The translations under genes and the position numbers were made by a program. A stretch of 4,242 nt of DNA from a virus (Duplodnaviria; Heunggongvirae; Uroviricota; Caudoviricetes). Of this stretch, positions 1 through 4,242 are shown in pieces. Each line of letters opens with the position of its first letter. Position 1 is the stretch's first letter. A model generated the notes under the pieces. That model was not told the origin of the DNA. It searched no databases and was given only the letters and a program-made list of their open reading frames with translations. The stretch lies in IMG/VR virus record IMGVR_UViG_2541047441_000007, one strand, 5' to 3'.

Positions 1-12
1 CAGGAATACGAG

Positions 13-38
13 CGCCGGAAGGCGGCTGGTTTTGTTTG
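13..38 (+). terminator. Possible weak intrinsic terminator for an upstream gene outside the window
   Basis: Short GC stem (CGCC 13-16 / GGCG 21-24, loop GGAA) followed by a T-rich tract (TGGTTTTGTTTG, 27-38). The stem is only 4-5 bp, so this is weak. Confidence 0.25.
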
Positions 39-72
39 AATCTGAGAAACGATTTTGTCGGAGGAAATTTTA

Positions 73-789
73 ATGGAAACCGTATCTGACGCACTGAAAG
101 CACTGAAAAGAGCCTCTTCACATGTGGTGGCAGCTCGCCTTGGAATTAGTCGTGAAGAGGCTGTCAACGAACTGTGGAAACTGAAACGCCGTGGAGAAGC
201 GGATAACAAGGGGGCGATATGGTGGCTGACTCAGGCTGGTGAAAGTGAACCGGTGTCACCGGTACCGAAAGTGACGGCGCAAATGCTGACAGAGGCGATT
301 GAACAACATGGCCCACAAACGGCGGATGAACTGGCATTGATGTTCGGAATTACCTCCCGCCGGGCGAATTCATCGCTGGCAATGGCAATCAGCAAAGGGT
401 GTCTGATTCGCGTGAATCAGGATGGTAAATTTCGTTACTGCATACCGGGCGTTGATTTACCGGCAGAGCCGAAAGCAGCATCCGTAGCTGAAACGGAGGG
501 TAAAGCCCTTCCTCAGCCAGCTGGTGTTGCGTTACCAGTCCAGGAAACGGCTGCACAGGAAGAAATTAAAACAGAAGCGGTGGAGGACATTGTGAAGTTG
601 CAGCAATCGTTCACTGAAGCGAAAGCAGATGACCTGATTCTACCATCGCTGCATGTGGCTAACCGCGAGCTGCGCCGGGCGAAAAGTAATGTTCAGAAGT
701 GGGAGCGAGTCTGTGCTGCGCTACGGGAACTGAACAAACACAGGGATATTCTCCGGGATATTACCGCCACCAGAGAGCAGCAGCGGTGA
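73..789 (+). CDS. Hypothetical prophage protein with two tandem winged-helix-like repeats and a charged, helical C-terminal region
   Basis: ATG at 73 preceded by GGAGGAA (59-65) at 7 nt spacing; the ORF-track start at 55 is a TTG without a better SD. Two similar segments (approx. aa 10-60 and 75-135 of the track ORF) each look like a wHTH: ...[21 protein letters not shown]... and ...[27 protein letters not shown].... TGA stop at 787-789 overlaps the next start. Confidence 0.7.
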   Translation: METVSDALKALKRASSHVVAARLGISREEAVNELWKLKRRGEADNKGAIWWLTQAGESEPVSPVPKVTAQMLTEAIEQHGPQTADELALMFGITSRRANSSLAMAISKGCLIRVNQDGKFRYCIPGVDLPAEPKAASVAETEGKALPQPAGVALPVQETAAQEEIKTEAVEDIVKLQQSFTEAKADDLILPSLHVANRELRRAKSNVQKWERVCAALRELNKHRDILRDITATREQQR

Positions 790-1103
790 GTGGCTGGAAG
801 AAGTGGCGCTGGGCTGAAATCCTGATACTCCGGCAGTGTGCGGGAACGATGAGAGTCGAAAGCATCGGTTATCTGATTGGCCGTAGTGAGTCAGCCGTCA
901 GGACGAAAGCGCGGGAACTGGGTATCAGCATGATGTTACGGGGTGATTATCACCAGTCAGCCAAATGTTCACAGCGTGATATTGAGCTGGCGTGGCAACT
1001 GCATCAGCGTGGTGTACCCCGACGGGAAATTGCCGAAAAGTTTGGGATGAAGTTGGGCGCAGTGAATAACTACGTTTATTTCGACAGGAGGGTTCAGGAG
1101 TGA
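786..1103 (+). CDS. Small protein with two HTH-like repeats (putative DNA-binding protein)
   Basis: GTG at 786 overlaps the upstream TGA (787-789), a coupling arrangement. An alternative ATG at 849 lacks a clear SD. Two internal repeats ([30 protein letters not shown] and [29 protein letters not shown]) are only both complete if translation starts at or near 786. Stop TGA at 1101-1103. Confidence 0.6.
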   Translation: MSGWKKWRWAEILILRQCAGTMRVESIGYLIGRSESAVRTKARELGISMMLRGDYHQSAKCSQRDIELAWQLHQRGVPRREIAEKFGMKLGAVNNYVYFDRRVQE

Positions 1104-1402
1104 GGGTGAGGGTTTATATCGCCGGTCCGATGACGGGATATGAAAATTTTAACCGCGAGGCATTTCACAAAACGGAAGAGGTGCTGAAACGGGAAGGGCA
1201 TACCGTTTTAAACCCGGCAGTACTTCCGGACGGGCTGACTCAGCCACACTACATGGATATTTGCATGGCAATGCTCCGTTGCGTGGATGCGGTTTACATG
1301 CTGAAAGGCTGGCAGCAGTCGGCAGGTGCAGGGGCTGAGCTGGCACTGGAGGAGAAACCGGGCCATGCGGTGATTTTTCAGGAGGTGGGCAGTGAATATT
1401 GA
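1100..1402 (+). CDS. DUF4406 family protein (nucleoside 2-deoxyribosyltransferase-like fold)
   Basis: N-terminus (M/V)[39 protein letters not shown] matches the characteristic VYIAGPMTG...NF...F......L...GH.V.NP signature of DUF4406/deoxyribosyltransferase-like phage proteins (recognised from memory). GTG at 1100 overlaps the upstream stop; GTG at 1106 with AGGAG (1096-1100) is an equally plausible start. Confidence 0.8.
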   Translation: MRVRVYIAGPMTGYENFNREAFHKTEEVLKREGHTVLNPAVLPDGLTQPHYMDICMAMLRCVDAVYMLKGWQQSAGAGAELALEEKPGHAVIFQEVGSEY

Positions 1403-1709
1403 CCCGGCGATAACGATTGATATGGCCCTGAACGCCGGCCTGGCACTTCTTGGTTATTTCTACATTATGTTCTGCAGCGGACGATGGCTGTCACTGTTGT
1501 TCATGAAAAAATGGAATAAACGCCGTAAGCAGGAGCAACGCCAGAAGGCAATGGATGCATTTTTCGAAGCCTTCGGAATTGACGGCATGGAACCAGGGGA
1601 TCCAGCTCGCGCAATCAGCAGAGGGGGTGTAGTAATCCTTGTATATCGGAGTGAAGAGAAAAATGACGATCACAAAACAACGTGTAGAAGAAATCATATC
1701 CCGCATTGA
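1392..1709 (+). CDS. Hypothetical small membrane protein (one predicted TM helix followed by a basic stretch)
   Basis: GTG at 1392 preceded by GGAGGTG (1381-1387); overlaps the upstream gene by 11 nt. Hydrophobic segment ALNAGLALLGYFYIMFCSGRWLSLLFM followed by KKWNKRRKQEQRQK. The 3' end overlaps the next gene by 47 nt, so the true C-terminus and extent are uncertain. Confidence 0.5.
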   Translation: MNIDPAITIDMALNAGLALLGYFYIMFCSGRWLSLLFMKKWNKRRKQEQRQKAMDAFFEAFGIDGMEPGDPARAISRGGVVILVYRSEEKNDDHKTTCRRNHIPH

Positions 1710-1980
1710 AATGTATGGACATGGTGCAGGGTATATCGCAGACGAGGTTAATGATCTGGCTATACTGGCGCTGAATTTATCAAATATCGCGAACCTGAAG
1801 CGATACGAGCTTGATATGGGAGGTTGCGACTCGTGCGGTCAGGATTGTGGCGCTGATATGACTGAAGATCCTGATGGTGATTATGTCCTGTTTGATGACG
1901 TGGTTAAGTTGTTTGAATTTGATACAACCACTCAAAAGTTAGAAATCCCGGCAAAGGAGGCAGCCAGTGGGCAAGATTGA
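1663..1980 (+). CDS. Hypothetical acidic prophage protein with a Cys cluster (GGCDSCGQDCG)
   Basis: ATG at 1663 with GGAG/GAAGAG upstream (1648-1658). The track start at 1639 is TTG, and ATG 1711 is another possible start. The protein is strongly acidic with a C-x2-C-x3-C motif. Stop TGA at 1978-1980. Confidence 0.55.
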   Translation: MTITKQRVEEIISRIEMYGHGAGYIADEVNDLAILALNLSNIANLKRYELDMGGCDSCGQDCGADMTEDPDGDYVLFDDVVKLFEFDTTTQKLEIPAKEAASGQD

Positions 1981-2404
1981 CTATCAGGCACTGCGTGAGG
2001 CAGCACAAAACTATCAATCGACGCTGGCGTGGTATCAGGCTACCCCGGACAGCCCAAATGCTGAACGGGATTGTGATGCGGCTCTTGCTGCGTTTAAGCG
2101 TCACATCCGTCATCGGGAAGCGGATATTATCGCTGATTTGCTGGATGGACTGGAAGAAGCAAAATCACAACTCAACGAGCAGCGTGAGTATTACGAAGGC
2201 GTTATCTCTGATGGGAGCAAGCGTATTGCTGAACTGGAAGCGCGGGAAGTTCAATTACCGACTCGCTACGACCTTCGATATGGACACCCGATAAATGCAG
2301 ATGAGCGACATGTCATGATACCTAAAGAAAATGGCAGTTGGCTTTACCTGATTGACCTAGAACACGCATTACGCGTCGCTGGCATTCGCATCAAAGGAGA
2401 GTGA
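1967..2404 (+). CDS. Hypothetical prophage protein (helical N-terminal half; possibly ead/Ea22-like, unverified)
   Basis: GTG at 1967 preceded by AAGGAGG (1954-1960) at 6 nt spacing; overlaps the upstream gene end. This is the longest ORF in the region and outcompetes the alternative-frame ORF 1977-2294. Stop TGA at 2402-2404. Confidence 0.65.
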   Translation: MGKIDYQALREAAQNYQSTLAWYQATPDSPNAERDCDAALAAFKRHIRHREADIIADLLDGLEEAKSQLNEQREYYEGVISDGSKRIAELEAREVQLPTRYDLRYGHPINADERHVMIPKENGSWLYLIDLEHALRVAGIRIKGE

Positions 2405-2405
2405 G

Positions 2406-2597
2406 ATGAACGGACAAATATCAATTGTTCGACCAGGAGCATGTGACGATCGCGAAATACGAATGATTATTCGTCTGGCGATGGGGAAAACAATAACTGC
2501 TCTCATTACTCCAGAAAATCTCGCATTAGCATTAACAGGAAAGTCAGACATGCCAGTAGAGCTAAAGCTGCGAAATGTTGAGATTAAGGTGAAATAG
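2406..2597 (+). CDS. Hypothetical small protein (63 aa)
   Basis: ATG at 2406 one nt after the upstream stop, with GGAG at 2396-2399. Stop TAG at 2595-2597. Confidence 0.55.
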   Translation: MNGQISIVRPGACDDREIRMIIRLAMGKTITALITPENLALALTGKSDMPVELKLRNVEIKVK

Positions 2598-2599
2598 CT

Positions 2600-3157
2600 A
2601 TGACCACTATTACCAAAGATCGACTGCTGACAATCCAGCATTGGCGCGAAACATACGGACCGGGTAGCAACGTTGTGCTTCCAGCAGAAGAAGCGGAAGA
2701 GCTGGCACGGATTGCGCTGGCATCACTGGCAGCAGTATCGGATGAACGAGCAGCCTATGAATTATTTATGGAGAAGCGTTTCGGAGAATCTGTAGATCGC
2801 CGCAGAGCAAAAAATGGCGATAGAGATTACATGGTATGGGATATGGCGCTTGGCTGGATTATCTGGTGTCACCGCGCCGCCATGCTTCAGGCTGGAAACT
2901 TTCGGGAAAATAAGGGTTCGTCAACCAATAATTTTCGGATAATCTCGGAAACGTCAACCAACTCTCCGGCAATCCCTGATGAGGTGTTGTCCGCAATCCT
3001 GAAGGTCGCCAGGCTTCGTGCAGATTTCGATGCTTCTGAAGTGGACAGGCGAGGTATCGGTAGTTGTCTGGATGAGGCCGAGCAAGAACTTATCGTTACC
3101 ATTAACGAATACGCCAGTCAGATCGCAGTAGAAGCGACACAGGGGGAGAACCAATGA
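2600..3157 (+). CDS. Hypothetical prophage protein (185 aa; possibly ead/Ea22-like, unverified)
   Basis: ATG at 2600 preceded by AAGGTGA (2586-2592), 2 nt after the upstream stop. Stop TGA at 3155-3157 overlaps the next start (ATGA). Confidence 0.65.
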   Translation: MTTITKDRLLTIQHWRETYGPGSNVVLPAEEAEELARIALASLAAVSDERAAYELFMEKRFGESVDRRRAKNGDRDYMVWDMALGWIIWCHRAAMLQAGNFRENKGSSTNNFRIISETSTNSPAIPDEVLSAILKVARLRADFDASEVDRRGIGSCLDEAEQELIVTINEYASQIAVEATQGENQ

Positions 3158-3231
3158 GCCGGCCAGATGCATTTGCAGGCGTTGCTATAGCTATTGCTTT
3201 TCTAGTATATGTTATTTGTCGGTGGGGGTAA
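3154..3231 (+). CDS. Unannotated 25-aa hydrophobic mini-protein (MSRPDAFAGVAIAIAFLVYVICRWG), predicted single TM helix
   Basis: ATG 3154 overlaps the upstream TGA (ATGA). Strong SD AGGGGGAG (3141-3148) at 5 nt spacing. Hydrophobic core AFAGVAIAIAFLVYVI. TAA stop at 3229-3231. Absent from the ORF track because of the length cutoff. Confidence 0.5.
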   Translation: MSRPDAFAGVAIAIAFLVYVICRWG

Positions 3232-3266
3232 AAACGTTCGCCGGGATTCACACCAAAGGAGGGAAT

Positions 3267-3371
3267 ATGTCGGATGATATTTCACTGGCAATGGAAGGCG
3301 CTCTGGCTGTTATTGCTGTTGTGGGTGTTTACTGCCTGGTTGTGTTTTTGATGGAGCGCCTGGGGAACTGA
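3267..3371 (+). CDS. Unannotated 34-aa hydrophobic mini-protein (MSDDISLAMEGALAVIAVVGVYCLVVFLMERLGN), predicted single TM helix
   Basis: ATG 3267 preceded by a near-consensus SD AAGGAGGG (3256-3263). Acidic N-terminus, then a 20-residue hydrophobic stretch, then a charged tail. TGA stop at 3369-3371. Confidence 0.55.
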   Translation: MSDDISLAMEGALAVIAVVGVYCLVVFLMERLGN

Positions 3372-3381
3372 ATTCATTCCG

Positions 3382-3397
3382 TATGGGAATTCCCATA
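3382..3397. promoter_or_regulatory. Perfect 16-bp palindrome TATGGGAATTCCCATA; candidate operator or hairpin between the mini-protein genes and the hok promoter
   Basis: The sequence equals its own reverse complement. It lies 10 bp after the 34-aa ORF stop and 14 bp upstream of the predicted hok -35. As RNA it could form a 6-bp stem with an AAUU loop, but no U-tract follows. Confidence 0.4.
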
Positions 3398-3411
3398 TCG
3401 GGCAAAACGGT

Positions 3412-3439
3412 TTGCTGTAAAGCGAGAGTTAAGTAGAAT
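3412..3439 (+). promoter_or_regulatory. Predicted sigma70 promoter of the hok/mok mRNA
   Basis: -35 TTGCTG (3412-3417), 16-nt spacer, -10 TAGAAT (3434-3439). The predicted start (~3446, GGGUGCUUGAGG...) matches the conserved 5' end of hok-family mRNAs as I recall it from plasmid R1. Confidence 0.6.
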
Positions 3440-3491
3440 TGCTGCGGGTGCTTGAGGCTGTCTGCCTCGGGCATGCCACCGTAAGGCAGAC

Positions 3492-3566
3492 AGAGAAAAG
3501 CCCCAGTTAACATTACGCGTCCTGCAAGACGCTTAACATTAATCTGAGGCCCAATCTATGCTTCAC
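3492..3566 (-). ncRNA. sok: Sok-like antisense RNA (type I antitoxin), predicted
   Basis: Antisense to the hok mRNA leader and the mok start codon (3558-3560). On the minus strand an imperfect 16-bp hairpin (complement of 3506-3543) is followed by GGGGCUUUUCUCU. Position and layout parallel R1 Sok. The ends are approximate. Confidence 0.5.
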
Positions 3567-3770
3567 AAACGTAGGTTAGCCTCTTACGCGCCGAAAGGCA
3601 AGGAGAAGCAGGTTATGAAGCAGCAAAAGGCGATGTTAATCGCCCTGATCGTCATCTGTTTAACCGTCATAGTGACGGCACTGGTAACGAGGAAAGACCT
3701 CTGCGAGGTACGAATCCGAACCGGCCAGACGGAGGTCGCTGTCTTCGTAGACTACGAATCTGAGAAGTAA
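3558..3770 (+). CDS. mok: mok-like reading frame (modulator of killing) overlapping hok, here in frame with hok
   Basis: ATG at 3558 opens an ORF that continues in frame through hok. The leader sequence AGCCUCUUACGCGCCGAAAGGCAAGGAGAAGCAGGUUAUG resembles the R1 mok/hok junction. Whether it is translated as a separate product is unknown. Confidence 0.5.
   Translation: MLHKRRLASYAPKGKEKQVMKQQKAMLIALIVICLTVIVTALVTRKDLCEVRIRTGQTEVAVFVDYESEK
3573..3601 (-). promoter_or_regulatory. Predicted promoter of the Sok-like antisense RNA
   Basis: On the minus strand: -35 TTGCCT (plus 3601-3596), 17-nt spacer, -10 TAACCT (plus 3578-3573). This puts the start at ~3566-3565, inside the 5' end of mok, the same layout as R1 sok (TTGCGC / TATCCT from memory). 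Confidence 0.45.
3615..3770 (+). CDS. hok: Hok/Gef family type I toxin (51 aa, small membrane toxin)
   Basis: Translation MKQQKAMLIALIVICLTVIVTALVTRKDLCEVRIRTGQTEVAVFVDYESEK is near-identical to chromosomal Hok/Gef proteins as recalled (HokD/RelF, HokC/Gef). ATG 3615 with GGAG at 3602-3605; TAA stop at 3768-3770. Confidence 0.9.
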   Translation: MKQQKAMLIALIVICLTVIVTALVTRKDLCEVRIRTGQTEVAVFVDYESEK

Positions 3771-3819
3771 GAGACCAAGCGGGGGAGTAATCTCCCGCCA
3801 CCTCTGATGTGTCAGGCAT

Positions 3820-3834
3820 CCTCAACGCACCCGC
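3820..3834 (+). other. Fold-back-inhibition (fbi)-like 3' element of the hok mRNA
   Basis: CCUCAACGCACCCGC (3820-3834) is complementary to the predicted 5' end GCGGGUGCUUGAGG (3444-3457) with a single bulged C, as expected for 5'-3' pairing in hok mRNAs. A separate hairpin lies at 3779-3799. Confidence 0.55.
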
Positions 3835-3889
3835 GCTTTACCATACTGAAAATGCTGTTTGAATGTTCATCTCTGAAAGAGGACTATGA

Positions 3890-4234
3890 ATGAAAAAGGT
3901 ATTGATTGCAGCACTTATTTCTGGTGTGTCTTTTGGCGCTTTTGCACAGCAGGGCGGTTTCCAAGGGCCTGAAGCAGAGCGTTCAACAGTAGCGCAGGCA
4001 AAAGAACTGAAGGATGATGCATGGGTTATCCTTGAAGGGAGCATCGTTAAAAAAGTGGGTGATGAACGTTATGAGTTTCGTGACAATAGCGGGACAATTG
4101 TCACGGATATCGATGACAGCATATGGGCCGGTCAGAATGTTTCTCCGAAAGACAAAGTAAGAATTGAGGGTGAAATTGATAAAGACCTGAGCAGTGTTGA
4201 AGTGGATGTAAAGGCACTGAAATTATTAAAGTAA
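3890..4234 (+). CDS. YgiW/YdeI (BOF) family periplasmic OB-fold protein with N-terminal signal peptide
   Basis: ATG 3890 preceded by AAAGAGGA (3877-3884). Signal peptide MKKVLIAALISGVSFGAFA with a likely cleavage after AFA. The mature part (...AWVILEGSIVKKVGDERYEFRDNSGTIVTDIDD...VRIEGEIDKD...VEVDVKALKLLK) fits the BOF/YgiW pattern from memory. TAA stop at 4232-4234. Confidence 0.85.
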   Translation: MKKVLIAALISGVSFGAFAQQGGFQGPEAERSTVAQAKELKDDAWVILEGSIVKKVGDERYEFRDNSGTIVTDIDDSIWAGQNVSPKDKVRIEGEIDKDLSSVEVDVKALKLLK

Positions 4235-4242
4235 CCGTCCCT

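Noticed and set aside
55-72. TTG at 55 as the start of the first gene (ORF-track start)
   Set aside because: ATG at 73 is in frame with a well-spaced GGAGGAA RBS at 59-65. The TTG at 55 would put the RBS inside the coding sequence with no upstream SD.
1149-1346. Minus-strand ORF (65 aa) antisense to the DUF4406 gene
   Set aside because: It lies entirely inside a well-supported + strand gene with a recognisable family signature. It has no convincing RBS, and its Pro/Ala/Leu-rich composition is typical of antisense frames.
1491-1706. Minus-strand ORF (71 aa)
   Set aside because: It is antisense to + strand genes within a tightly coupled operon and has no RBS or family resemblance, so it is probably spurious.
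1904-2113. Minus-strand ORF (69 aa)
   Set aside because: It is antisense to the 1663-1980 and 1967-2404 genes with no supporting signals.
1977-2294. Alternative +-strand ORF (105 aa) overlapping 1967-2404 in a different frame
   Set aside because: It is shorter than the overlapping ORF, which has a strong AAGGAGG RBS and coupled neighbours. It is Arg/Ser-rich and of low complexity, typical of an off-frame translation.
2369-2641. Minus-strand ORF (90 aa)
   Set aside because: It spans three coupled + strand genes in antisense and has no RBS or recognisable domain.
2887-3172. Minus-strand ORFs 2887-3102 and 2954-3172
   Set aside because: Both are antisense to the 185-aa + strand gene and are most likely chance ORFs.
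3370-3392. Two GAATTC (EcoRI) sites 17 bp apart, considered as a restriction-modification-related signal
   Set aside because: The second site is simply the core of the 16-bp palindrome. No methyltransferase or endonuclease gene is present in the window, so there is no basis for an R-M interpretation.
3458-3493. 10-bp perfect inverted repeat (CTGTCTGCCT ... AGGCAGACAG) considered as an intrinsic terminator
   Set aside because: No U-tract follows on the + strand, and on the minus strand the U-rich run precedes the stem. Its position matches the known 5' leader hairpin region of hok mRNAs, so I treat it as part of the hok mRNA/Sok structure and not as a terminator.
3310-3513. Minus-strand ORF (67 aa) across the hok promoter/leader
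   Set aside because: It overlaps the 34-aa + strand ORF, the palindrome and the hok leader/Sok region. This stretch is better explained by regulatory RNA structure, and the ORF has no RBS.
3838-4044. Minus-strand ORF (68 aa) antisense to the YgiW-family gene
   Set aside because: It is antisense to a gene with a clear signal peptide and family signature, so it is spurious.
1-4242. CRISPR arrays, tRNA/rRNA genes, IS elements or transposase/integrase genes
   Set aside because: No direct-repeat/spacer periodicity, tRNA-like cloverleaf segments, terminal inverted repeats or recombinase-like ORFs were seen on either strand.

Overview
All credible coding capacity in this 4.2 kb window is on the + strand, and it reads as an enterobacterial (E. 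coli-like) lambdoid-prophage accessory/early region. Nine to eleven small genes are packed so tightly that most stop and start codons overlap (786-789, 1100-1103, 1392-1402, 1967-1980, 2402-2408, 3154-3157), which suggests one translationally coupled operon. Products include a protein with two winged-helix-like repeats, a small double-HTH protein, a DUF4406 (nucleoside 2-deoxyribosyltransferase-like) protein, several acidic or helical hypothetical proteins, and two very short hydrophobic peptides (25 and 34 aa) that are below the ORF-track cutoff but have strong ribosome-binding sites. Downstream is a complete hok/mok/sok-type type I toxin-antitoxin module: Hok is recognisable by sequence, and the promoter, 5' leader hairpins, antisense Sok-like RNA and a 3' fold-back element can all be read from the sequence. 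The window ends with a signal-peptide-bearing YgiW/YdeI (BOF) family periplasmic protein. The hok module itself is a well-described system; the most plausibly novel elements are the two mini-peptides and a perfect 16-bp palindrome immediately upstream of the hok promoter. No tRNA, rRNA, CRISPR array or IS/transposase was seen. All family assignments come from reading the translations and from memory, with no database search run.
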